From contig NC_042997.1 of NCBI RefSeq assembly GCF_006345805.1, forward strand, positions 184,636,001 through 184,700,000: a DNA stretch of 64,000 nt, in the 5' to 3' direction. Position 1 is the stretch's first letter, and every line of letters begins with the position of its first letter. The stretch comes from Octopus sinensis (taxonomy: Eukaryota). This document shows positions 14,624 to 26,553 of the stretch, one piece after another. A model generated the notes under the pieces. The model worked only from the letters and a program-made list of their open reading frames with translations, was not told the DNA's origin and ran no database searches. The translations under genes were made by a program, and so were the position numbers.

Positions 14624-15359
14624 GTGTGTGTGTGTCTGTTTTTCTGTCAAGTTACATAAAAATAATCTTCCATGAAGCTGAAGGATTATTCAATACCTTT
14701 TGTAGAGTACATATTATTCGTTAATCCCTGTGAACACTTCTTGCTAAAGGAATAATACACACACACCTACACGCACGCACACATTAAAGGAATAATACAC
14801 ACACACACACACGCGGGCGCACACGCACACACAATACATATGTTTGTATGCATGTACATGCACGCATAGACATATACACGTACAAACACATGCACGTGTA
14901 TGTGTGGGTGTGTGTGTATGCTTGAGTATTTGTGTGTACGTGTATATTGCGCGCCTCACTTGCAGGTGATTTGTTGTTTCCTGAAATGTTTATGTGTTCC
15001 TCTTATTTGTGTTATCCTTTGACGAAAGAAAGAAGAATTAGAATACCCAGATAAATTTCTTCATTGCTATTTAATTACGCTACTTGTCTTCATAATTTAC
15101 TTTCTGGTAGTGTTCATTTTTATTTTCATTCTTTAATAAGCAGGAATAATATTCGACAGCCTTATCGTCAGCTATATCCATCATGTACAAACTATCATAG
15201 CTGTTCTTTGTGATACAGCATCGTTATTTTCCACTTTGGTTAACCTTAGCAACGCCACCGATGATGCGAACATCATTATGCCCATCAGCATTAGCATCAT
15301 CCGCAGTTCCTACTGCAACACAATTTCTTCATCCTTCTATTCCCCTCTCTCTCTCGTCG

Positions 15360-15520
15360 CCGTTGTTGTCATCAATGTCATCGTCATCATTGCCATCATC
15401 ATGATTACCATTGCCGTCCTCCTCCTTCTTCCCCTCTTCCTCCTCCTCCATCATCATCATCATCACCATCATCATCATTGCCATCATCATCATCATTGCC
15501 ATCATTATTATCATTGCCAC
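15360..15520. repeat. (CAT)n/(CCT)n trinucleotide low-complexity tract
   Basis: Read directly. It is the source of the poly-His and poly-Met ORFs. Confidence 0.9.
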
Positions 15521-17828
15521 CCTTCTTAAATTCCGCCATATTATCGTTTCGCTGTTTTGATTCTCCTCAAAGATTTGCAAGTGTTTAGAATTCAGAGAAA
15601 ACGAAATCAATTGAATCTCACTGGAACAATGCCTACAACAATAAATTGCTGGTTTAGTTAAAGCTTCAGAAAAGTTTAAAAAAAAAAAAAATTAAAGGAT
15701 AAAAATGTACGTTATTCCCCTCTTGAGCTGGCAGAATCGTTAGCACGCTGAATGAAATGCTTTACGGTATTTCGCGCGTCGCTACGGTCTCGGTTAAAAT
15801 TCCGCCGAGGTCGACTTTGCCTTTTATCCTTCGGGGTTGGATAAAATAAGTAAGTACCAGTTGAATACTCAGGTCGATATAATGTACTCATCACCTCCCC
15901 CCAAACTGAGGCACTTGTAGCAAAATTTGAAACTATCATTATTATCATCATCATCATCATCATCATTATTATTGAGTGAGAGAGCAATGTATGTCATCAA
16001 AGTGACACTGGGGTAAAATATACGAACTTAGTATACCCAGCATGACTACCTGTCAGATAAGGGTACACCAGGCACATGCATCACAACCATGTGTGCGTTA
16101 CATGGTGATCTTATATCAAGATAAACAGCACATGACCTTGGTGGGGCGGGGGCAGTTAGAATTTTCGTCTGGTCGAGTAACCCATCCCGCTCAAAAAGAT
16201 GAAAGGCAAAGTCGACCTCGGCGGAATTTGAACTCAGAACGTAGCGGCAGACGAAATACAGCTAAGCATTTTGACTGCGCCAGCAAATGTCTCTGTCTGT
16301 TCGCTGTCTTTCAATACGCTTGTGATAAAATACATCTACTTCATTTTCAAACCATTTGAAATAGGAAACAATGGATAACTTCCTTCACTTTGGATAATGT
16401 TAATGAACATTTGACTGCTAAGCATGTTGAATTAAGAGAGAGAAAGAAAATATTTGCCAGTATAAAACTAGAGTGAAATTAAGTCTGTGTAGTTTTGGTA
16501 TGGATCGTGCATTTAAAGAACCTTCATGGAATCAATATTGTATCTCGTTATACCCTAAGTTTCTGCATGATTGAATTTTCTAGCTAAATTCGATGGCCAT
16601 AGAAATCATCGTATATATTGCATTGTTTTACTTTGATTTATCGCTTTCAGTTTCAAGATCAAATCAACCTGGGTTGGTTTTCACGTCTTCCTTTCAACTG
16701 CCGGTATAGATAAAATATGTGCGTTTAATATAACGGAGCTGATTCATTCTCTATTGAGACTTGCGTTGAGATTTCACAAAAGGGAGAAAAAAAATCAATA
16801 ATCGCTTCACAAAGCAAGTTAGTGTTTCCCGTGAATCGGTGCATTTCTAGTGGATTTGTACCGAGATATATAGGTCTTCTATGAATGAAACCCCCGTATA
16901 TTTGGCTAAAAGAGGACATCGGGTTTAGAATATAACAATCATATGAGTAAAAAAAACAAGCAAAAAATAATCACCCCGTCTATTTTAAGAAGCACAAACT
17001 TGAAACAGTTACATGATTCAGAGCGATTAATGCAGCGGCCTAATTAAATTATATCAATAGATGAAGGCGTCGCTAGTAGTTGTAACCTTAATTAAATATC
17101 ATAACAGATGGCAAGGCGAGATTTTCATAGCTATGGTGTCTCCACAGCTATCATTTTAACAAAACACCATGTAAACAATGAATGCACTTGTCTATCTAGG
17201 GTGTGTGTTCTTTTAATATTGGCTTCGGGGATTCGTAGGCGGTGTACTGGATGCACCCAACATGTGTAGTACACACACGCTTCAAATACCGTTTTACGTA
17301 TCCATTCAGTAAAGCATTTATATATCTACATAGAAGAGGGAGCGATTTTTTTCTCGTATGTGAATGCGTGTACTTTCGTCGTGCGCGTGTGTATGATTTT
17401 CTATGTATAAATTTATATGCATATATAATTTTAATATGTATGTGTATGTGACAAAGTACGTATATGGATACATACGTACATACCACTCCCAAGCTTATAA
17501 TTTATTCATATACCTCATCGTATGTAGAGTATGTCTTCATTACGTATTTTGAACGGAATCTATCTTCTATAATGGAAAAAAAAAGAGCTTTATTTTTTAA
17601 CAAAAGTGGACATATGCACATACACACACAAGTATGTATGTACGTATATACATATGTATATGGGCACGTGTGCACAGACACAAATATGCGCATACACATG
17701 AGTGACTCCCACATAATTAGTTCAGTTGTGTTCCTGTTGAATCCAACTAATAATTATATGATAATTGTAGTTCGTTTCCGACAGCATTAACACTACTCCA
17801 ATAATATATATGCATATATATATTATAT

Positions 17829-17898
<70 letters not shown>

Positions 17899-18059
17899 CG
17901 TCATGATTGATCGCTAGCCACTAAAAGCTCTTCAATGAAGATCGTAGGCTCGAAACATAAAAGACTTTCTCACTTCCCGAGTGTTAAACTAATACATCTG
18001 TTTGTTGTTTACACACTCTTCTTCGTCTTTTGTTCTGTTTTCGTTTTGTAAATTCCATG

Positions 18060-18146
<87 letters not shown>

Positions 18147-18299
18147 TGTGTGTGGTGTGTGTGTATTTTTGTATAGATACTTAAATACTTATATAAACGC
18201 ACACATAGCACACATTGGAATAATTATCACAGAAAACGTACTTGGTATTTTAAGTTTTATGAAATGCACTTGTTTCAGTAAATCGACTGTCATTTTTAT

Positions 18300-18444
18300 G
18301 TAAGGCAATTCACCAAATAGTGTGCTGCAGTTGATATACCTGTTCAGCATCAACAGATGCCTTCCCTAATATATCCCAGCTACATAAGTTATTTTTTTAA
18401 ATTAAACATAGTTAGTCCGGAAACTTTTTGATACTACCTCGTAT
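18300..18444. mobile_element. Mariner-type TIR end fragment
   Basis: Ends GGAAACTTTTTGATACTACCTCGTA, the reverse complement of TACGAGGTAGTATCAAAAAGTTTCC. Confidence 0.45.
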
Positions 18445-19363
18445 ATATGTTGTGTTCTGGTTTAATTTTCAGATTTCAGTCTCTCTATTTCTTTAAATAT
18501 TCCCATTTTTACTCAGTTTGCCTCTTGGTGTAAAGATTTCATTACTATTAATACTATTACTGCCACTAAGGCGGTGAGCTAGCAAAACTATTAGCACGCC
18601 CGGACAAAGTGCTTAACGGCATTTAAATTTTTTTTGTCATTAGGTTCTGAACTCAAATTCCATCAAGGTCAACATTATCTTTTGTAGCACTGGGATCGAT
18701 GTTATATGAGCAAGTAACCCAATACAATATCTCCAAATTTCAAGCCTTGTGCCTCTAGCAGAAAGGATTATAATTAATACCATTAATATCTAATGCACTG
18801 GGAATATTGTATTGGGTTACTTGCTCATATAGAGTAACTTCCAATCCACCACATACGTTTATTCTAATACTTTCTTCAACTATAGTTTAAGAATATTTGC
18901 CAGATCCCCTTAAATAATAGCAGACAGTGTCTGGAATCCTATTCTTTTCCAAGTAAAGATGGTCCACCTTTCATTGTCCAAATGCTGTGAAAGTAAAGTT
19001 AATTGAGTGTTAAGTGCCGCTTAGGTTTTATGTATTATTTAAAAATATTATGTTTTTAAATTCAAATTATTCTTTGGAAATCTTTCACGATGTCATGCTT
19101 AATATGTCTGATAATGTATTTTGTTTTTGTCTTTAGAGGATTATATCTGCAGCCAAAAGCTGATTCCTTTATATTCAGAACCGTGATCAGCGAGATTATC
19201 TGGAAGCCTGTGCACACGTACAACGATTTTTCTCAGTTCGTTATTTATTTCACAGAGATATAAAACAGAACATCCGTCTATTCATAAAAAATAACAAACA
19301 TTCTTAAATGTTACTCACAATACTATCACCACGGCTAAGACCATGACTACAATCACGACGAGT

Positions 19364-19667
19364 GGAGGCACATGGCCTAGTGGTTAGAGCAGCGGACTCG
19401 CGTGTGAGGGATCGCGGGTTCGAATCTTAGACCGGGCAATGTGTGCATTTATGAGCGAAATACCTAAGCTCTACGCGTCTCCGGCAGAAGGTAATGGCGA
19501 GCTTCTGCTGACTCTTTCGCCACAACTTTCTCTCACTCTTTCCTCCTGCATCTTGCAGCTCACCTGCGACGGATCGGCGTCCCATCCAGGTGGGAAACCT
19601 ATACGCCAAGGAATCCGGGAAACCGGCCCTTATGAGCCAGGCATGGCTCCAGAAGGAAAAAACAACA
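19364..19667 (+). mobile_element. SINE family C (GGAGGCACATGG head, V-SINE-like core)
   Basis: Four similar copies occur in the window; A and B boxes are present and the tail is CAAA-rich. Confidence 0.9.
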
Positions 19668-20288
19668 ATCATGATGAGGACTACGACCATCACCACTACC
19701 ATCGTCATCCCCACTACCACAAAGGCAACAATGAGAAAACTTACATATTCGTGATTTTGGAAAATATTCAAAACAAGAACACAGGTCGGTTGTTGGTTCT
19801 TAGCATCAGGTTAGCCCTTATCGTGGCAGATTTATGATCAAAAGCATATCAGTCGTTCCCATCGAGTCTCTTTAGGTACATTATGAGTACATTAGCTAAC
19901 GTGTCGTTTCGTAATTTAAGAGAGTAAAAGTATGTTTTCAACATTGCTATTTCAATACAGACTGAATAAACAAGTAGTTCCAATGTCGGATCGATATATA
20001 TTAGTGAACTGCAACACTGGCAATATGGTATTGACTTTTAGGCAAGGAATACAAAAGTTACTCCACAATTATTATGTTAAACAACCGATATATTTTTTTA
20101 CGTTAAAATGGTTCCCTTTGTTGACCAATGGCCTCGCTAGTGACGTATGATTATTTCGATAAACACTTTTGCTATACTAAAAAGTAATAATCACAAAATA
20201 TTTTTAACCTCCTACTTTACTGTGATTCTTATATATATATGTGTGCGCGTGTGTGTGTATGTGCTTATATATGTATAATATATCATAT

Positions 20289-20670
20289 ACTCTTTACTCT
20301 CTCTTACTTGTTTCAGTCATTTGACTGCGGCCATGCTGGAGCACCGCCTTCAGTCGAGCAAATCGACCCCAGGACTTATTCTTTGTAAACGTAGTACTTA
20401 TTCTATCGGTGTCTTTTGCCGAATCGCTAAGTTACGGGAACGTAAACACACCACCATCTGTTGTCAAGCGATGTTGGGGGGGGACAAACACACAAACATA
20501 CATACACACATATATATATACATATATACGACGGGCTTCTTTCAGTTTCTGTCTACCAAATCCACTCACAAGGCCCGAGGCTATAGTAGAAGACACTTGC
20601 CCAAGTGGGACTGAACCCGGAACCATATGGTTGGTAAGCAAGCTACTTACCACACAGCCACTCCTACGCC
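20289..20670 (-). mobile_element. SINE family A
   Basis: Reverse complement closely matches 7655-8066, with two internal deletions. Confidence 0.9.
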
Positions 20671-21163
20671 TATATATATATGTTACAAAATATAAAGTTA
20701 TATCTCGAGTGACAACAACGCTCAAGATATAAAACGGACTGGAAATAGAAGTGCTCTAATGAGCTGTATACACTTTTTTTTTATCCGAGGGGAGGCAATG
20801 CGAGCAACAACCACAGGAACATCACAAAATCCACAGATAAACCAAACACATACACATCTTCATATACTAATTTATACCTCTAAAGCCCGACATAAAAAAA
20901 TTAAAAAAATTTAGTAACATATAAATATATCATATAAAAATATAAATTTTGCATATAACACCTTGAGTTTACGCTTAAAACATTTAGTATAAATTTGCTA
21001 CAATAAGAGAAATAAATATAATAATAATTTATTTTATAATAAATAAAAATAAAGCATACAATGGCATATTAAAAGACGAATTAAAATTCTAGCGAAATGT
21101 ACATAGAAGATAATAATTATACAAGTTTACAAGAATATAAGTTTACAAAGATACACAGAAGTC

Positions 21164-21245
21164 CATCTACGGGCCGTTTCGGAGATGTACCAATTAATTC
21201 TAGACATTTCATATACTTAAAATTGGCACTCCCCTCATCAGGATG
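21164..21245 (-). ncRNA. Type I hammerhead ribozyme, intact core
   Basis: Minus strand reads CATC-CTGATGA-GGGGAGTGCCAATT...AATTGGTACATCTCC-GAAA-CG(GCC)CG-TA-GATG. Stem I is CATC/GATG, stem II is about 14 bp, stem III is minimal, and the cleavage triplet is GUA. Confidence 0.85.
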
Positions 21246-21772
21246 TCCCATACATACAACACATAGTAAACGTGAACAAATACACAATCACATACCGGCC
21301 ATATTCAGAACATAGACATTTCATACTCCCAGAAATTTTTCTTCGATCCTGAATGCTACTTTATACGCATATACTTCGATCCATCTGCCATAGTAAATTG
21401 TATGCACACAGCATATTATGTATCATGCAAGCCTGAAATGTACGTATTAAATGATATCAAAATAATGGTTTGATTTCATTATTACAGCTAATACAACTCG
21501 ATGCCCATACAAATCAGACGGTCTTGACCTACTTATGCAAATGCTTTAACAACGATTCCGAGTAATGTTATATTTGACTCGAGTCGAATATTCTGGTAGC
21601 GAGCACCGTTTCATAGCCTAACACGAAGTAGTCAGAGGCACAGCAGACACACACATGCACACTCACACAGACGCACGCACACACACACAGACACACACAC
21701 ACACACACATACAAATGTGTATGTGTGTGCGTGTATATATATATATATATACATACATTAAATACATACAAA

Positions 21773-22071
21773 CGTTGTGAGTGTTTATTGAGCGAAACCA
21801 ACTAAAGCTCCACGATCTCCGGAAGAGTGTGACGGTGAACCCTGTTGTATTCTTTCACCACAACTTTCTCTCACTCTTTCTTCCTGTTTCTCTTGTACCT
21901 GTATTTCAAAGGGCCAGCCTTGTCACACTCTGTGTCACGCTGAATCTCCCCAAGAACTAAGAGTACACGTGTCTGTGGAGTGCTCAGCCACTTGCGCGTT
22001 AATTTTACGAGCAGGCTGTTCCGTTGATCGGATCAACTGGAACCCACGTCGTCGTAACCGACGGAGAGTCA
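21773..22071 (+). mobile_element. 5'-truncated family B / tail A SINE
   Basis: Matches 37840-38108. Confidence 0.8.
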
Positions 22072-22620
22072 CGTAATATATATGCATACACATTTATTAA
22101 ATGCAATCACATACAGAAATATTAACTCGCCTATGTGTATGTTACATTTGCTCGTTAAAAATGCAACTGCTTACTGGAGTCCGTTTTTACCGTGATATCA
22201 GAATTAGGTATGAATATACAAAAAGAACCAACACTTCTGCAGCACTATGACCTTATTTTGGGTAAAATATATGCAGTGCATAGATGTGAACGTTCGTGAC
22301 TTAGACATTTGATGGGTGCTTCAGATCCAGTGGACATTCTGCTCGTTGAATTAACATGCAAGTGGCTGAGCAGTCCACAGACACGCGTTCCCTTAATGTA
22401 ATTCTCAAGGAGATTCCGCGTGACACAGTGTGTGACAAGGCTGGCTCTTTGAAATACAGGTACTACTCATTTTTGCTAGTTGAGTCGACTGATTAAAGTA
22501 ACATGCTCAAGGACACAACACGTCACCGGTAATCGAACTGCTGACCTTACGATCGTGCGTGAATACTCCTAATCACTAAGCCACTTGCCTTCTCACTTCA
22601 TCAACAAGAACACTAATACC

Positions 22621-22853
22621 TATTTCTTTACTACCCACAAGGGGCTAAATACAGAGGGGACAAACAAGGACAGACAAACGGATTAAGTCGATTATATCGA
22701 CCTCAGTGCGTAACTGGTACTTAATTTATCAACCCTGAAAGGATGAAAGGCAAAGTCGACCTTGGCGGAATTTGAACTCGGAACGTAACGGCAGACGAAA
22801 TACGGCTACGCATTTTGCCCAGCGTGCTAATGTTTCTGCCAGCTCGCCGCCTT
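22621..22853 (-). mobile_element. SINE family E (MetaSINE-like core CCTTTCATCCTTTCGGGGTCGATAAA), with a 12-bp TSD
   Basis: Full copy flanked by AACACTAATACC at 22609-22620 and 22858-22869. Confidence 0.9.
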
Positions 22854-22943
22854 AAACAACACTAATACCATCATCTTAAATTCCCTTAAATCCATAGAGT
22901 TCGACCGATCTGTTTCAAAGTTAGATAATTCGTGCATTCAACC

Positions 22944-23056
22944 TACGAGGGAGTGCTGAAAATTTCTGGCTTTGTGTAAAAGGAAATGGTGGAGGATCAG
23001 TTAATTATGATTTTATTCAACATTTTCCTCTCTCACCTTCACGTTCTTATTGCAGG
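22944..23056 (+). mobile_element. Mariner-type TIR end fragment
   Basis: Begins TACGAGGGAGTGCTGAAAATTTCTGG, a mariner-like terminus, and is cut off by the hammerhead element. Confidence 0.55.
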
Positions 23057-23061
23057 TTTTT

Positions 23062-23621
23062 AATTAACCTTTAAAGGTATTTTTTAATATGCTGGCCATT
23101 GATAAAATTTGTTTTTCGAAAAAATTATATCCTACATTAAATATAAACTTAATAGTGTTCACTTCCGGACTCCCTCAGTCTGTGAGAGCCTCAGTTCAAA
23201 TCGCACCTCTCTCAAATGGGCTGGAGAATTTCTATTTTGGATGTATTTAGGGTACTTAATTGTGCTCATGACTTAGTGTTTGCTTCTTCCATGGGTATGA
23301 GTTAGGATCTCATTTATTTCTTTGCTACATTTGTCACTGACGAAGGGAGGGTTCTTACGAACTAACCCTGAAATCGGTCTGATGTGGTAATAATGGAATT
23401 TTTTAGAAATTTCTGTCGACCTTTTTTGAGTAGCGTGCGTATTGTGAAAAAATTATTATGGTTATGGACAATGTGTCTAATTTCGGCATATTTGGCGTTA
23501 GAAATTTTTTTCGTTTGCCCTTATTTATAAGTTGTTAATAAAATTAACCTTTAAAGGTATTTTCTAATATGCTGGCCATTGATAAATTTTTTTTTTTCGA
23601 AAAAATTTTATTCTACATTAA

Positions 23622-23624
<3 letters not shown>
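23062..23624 (+). mobile_element. Non-autonomous hammerhead-bearing element (retrozyme/Penelope-like): 480-nt monomer plus about 82-nt terminal redundancy
   Basis: Direct repeats at 23062-23143 and 23542-23624 (AATTAACCTTTAAAGGTATT...CTACATTAAA) flank a central hammerhead. There is no long ORF, and the 3' end runs into (TA)n. Confidence 0.7.
23322..23390 (+). ncRNA. Type I (minimal stem III) hammerhead ribozyme, intact core
   Basis: TTGCTACA-TTTG-TCA-CTGACGA-AGGG(AG)GGTTC-TTAC-GAACT(AA)CCCT-GAAA-TCGG-TC-TGA-TGTGGTAA. Stem I is bulged, stem II is two-part, and the triplet is GUC with predicted cleavage after 23379. Confidence 0.82.
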
Positions 23625-23691
<67 letters not shown>

Positions 23692-24476
23692 ATATATACT
23701 TATGCACATATACACACCGAGAGAAAGAAAGAGGAGATGAGAGGAGACAGAAAGGGAAGATGAAATCTAAGTAATTTTGACTGCGATAACGTAGTTTAGT
23801 GATGTTTAATGTAAATCTAGCCATACACATGATAATCATCCCGTAAATTGAAAGAGAGATTGGTGCTTATATTGCAAAGTATTCTGGAAAGGGAGTGGCA
23901 TTGCTAGAGGAGAGACGTGGCAGCATCTCCAAAATGGATTCCAGAGACTCTGGAAAGGATGATGTATTGAATAAAGAATGATAATTTGGGCACGTTTATG
24001 CTAATTTTATTTTAAAAGTATCAGGCGCTGATATTTGCACAAGTTTTACTCGTTCGTAGTCAACATGGTAATTGGGTCTTGAGGCTTGTGATAGGATCAA
24101 CATCATTATCGTCGTCGTTATCAGCAGCAGTAACAGCAGCAGCAGCAGCATCAAGGGCGGCTTCTCGGTGTCAACTTTTTATCGTGATTGGCATGAAGAG
24201 TGCCAACACGTCAGCAACAGCATTCTCTTCTGATTAAAATACCGAAAATGGTTAGGGAGAGTATTTCATTGCTGACGGTGATGGAGACATGAACAATTTA
24301 ACGTGTTTCAAAGTGGAATCTAGGAGCTTAATGGTGGACAAGACGAGTCGAGGAGAGAAGAGATTTAACAACAAAACAAGATCACCAGTAACACAAACAT
24401 CCCTACAACCGTCACCGCTACCATTATCAATATCAGCAGCAATAGCAGATACGACAAGAGCAACAACAGCAGCAGT

Positions 24477-24965
24477 GGAGGCGCAATGGCCCAGTGGTCA
24501 TGGCAGCAGACTCGCGGTCGTAAGAACGAGGTTTCCATTCCCAGACCGGGCATTGTGAGTGTTTATTGAGCAAAAATACCTAAGCTCCACGAGGCTCCAG
24601 CGGGATGAGGTGGTGAACCCCGCTGTACTCTTTCACCACAGCTTTCTCTCACTCTTTCTTCCTACTTCTGCCACAAAGTAGAGGAACCATGGTGTAACCC
24701 ACTATGGTGTGGTAGACTTTCAGACCCTAGTCTAGATTGCGAATCCTCTGTACCCCAGGATGGTTCAGCTCTCCACTCGTTAAAAAAGCCACCGTTTACG
24801 GAATGAGGATAACAACGCAGCTTTCGCGCCCGAGCCACCGCCAGTCTATCGCGTGTGGTGGGTGAATATTCAAGTTGCTACACGCATTCTTAGTAGCTTA
24901 GAGTAGGCTCGAATTAGAGTTTATTCTTTGTGGCTAATGGCGTCAGTCCTGATTGGAAGGAGAAG
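24477..24965 (+). mobile_element. SINE family B head with long tail C
   Basis: GGAGGCGCAATGGCCCAGTGG head plus an approximately 300-nt tail shared with 55618-56099. Confidence 0.88.
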
Positions 24966-25669
24966 ACAGCAGCAACAGCAAACGTATTAGCGTCATCGTC
25001 ATCGCTGTCATCATCATCAGCATCATTACCACCAGCAGCAGTCGTAGAGCTGACCATCACCACTACTAATTCCCTCGTTTTGTCCGATTCAGACTTTCAT
25101 TTTCTTGGTTTTAAATTTCACGTTTCTTCGTTGGACTTTCTTCTCATAGTCTAGACTTAAACAAGAAGCAGTACGAAACGAACATGCGAGAAAAAGAAAC
25201 CCATCTGTTTTGGAGATGCTGTTTAATATGATAGGTACTTTATATAGTTCTGACGTATTAATGTTGGTTTCAAAGTTTGTTAGAAGGCAAGCAATTTTGG
25301 GGATTGGGGTAAGTCGATTACATCGACACCAGTTCTCAACTGGTACTTTATTTTATCGAAACCGAGAGGATTAATGGCAAAGTCGACCACTGCGGAATTT
25401 GAACGCAACGCAAAATATAATGAGTCTTAACATTAATATTGATTTCAAATTTTGGCACAAGGCAAACAGTTTCGGGGGACGGGATAAATCAATTACATCG
25501 ACCCCAGTGCTCAACTGGTATCTATTTTATCGACCCAGAAAGGATGAAAAGCAAATTCAACCTCGGCAGAATTTGAACTCAGGAAGTAATGTGTCCTGAC
25601 ATATCAATATTAATATTTCATATCATCAGTCTTCATACGGTATTTTACGTTAATTGTTGTTGTTGTTTG

Positions 25670-25937
25670 TTTGTTTGTTCCTTCTTGAGCCATGCCTGGC
25701 TCATAAGGGCCGGTTTCCCGAATTCCTTAGCGTATAGGTTCCCCACCTGGACCGGACGCCGGTCCGTCGCAGGTGAGCTGCAAGAGGAAAGAGTGAGAGA
25801 AAGTTGTGGTGAAAGAGTCGGTAGAAGTTCGCCATTACTTTCTGCCGGAGCTGCTCATAAACACACTCATCGCCCGGTCTGAGATTCGAACCCGCGATCT
25901 CTCGACCGCTGCTCTGACCACTAGGCCATGTGCCTCC
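25670..25937 (-). mobile_element. SINE family C
   Basis: Reverse-complement match with internal deletions. Confidence 0.88.
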
Positions 25938-26317
25938 ACTACGTTAATTGTAACGGAATACCAATATACATTTTCTAACTGAAGCTAGATAAAACAAATT
26001 CTACGTGTTCTAATCCATGTTATTTAATTCACTAGTATAATAAATTTTAATTAATGAGAAAAGGCAGATCAAGCATTGTTTGGGATAACTAATTCATTAC
26101 AGATGATCAAAGGGTAGCACAGTGTGGTCTATCTTCACTGCCTGCGATGAACTGGGTTGTGAATACAGCGAGATACCTGCATACTGAGAAAGAACTTGTG
26201 TTTTGAGTTCTTGCATTGACGAAGCGTAATAACGAAGCAAGCCGGTATAAATCCATAAATAAATATATAAATACATATTCTGTAAGCACTGATATTCTTT
26301 TATTTAATTTTTTTTAG

Positions 26318-26412
26318 GTTTCCATATTATCGGAATATATTGCCAAATATTGTATCTTAATATTAATAGAAGCCGTGATTTGATTTTAATGGAATAATAG
26401 ATTGAAAACAAG
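26318..26412 (+). other. Probable non-coding (5' UTR or lncRNA) exon
   Basis: Poly-T tract ending TTTTTAG|G acceptor and an AAG|GTAAGT donor. Stops occur in all three frames. Confidence 0.5.
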
Positions 26413-26516
26413 GTAAGTGTATTTAATATACATTACGTATTATCGATATTGCAATAGAGGAGACATTCAAATTGGTTTCAATAACGTGAATATTTATTTC
26501 CCATATAACCAATGGG

Positions 26517-26553
<37 letters not shown>

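Noticed and set aside
15236-15610. Poly-His and poly-Met ORFs
   Set aside because: Products of a (CAT)n tract; no splice or domain support.
19364-19440. tRNA-like heads of the SINEs
   Set aside because: No complete cloverleaf or acceptor stem, and they continue into SINE bodies, so they are not tRNA genes.
20754-20775. CTAATGAGCTGTATACAC, a possible hammerhead 5' half
   Set aside because: The core is mutated and no stem II partner or GAAA follows.
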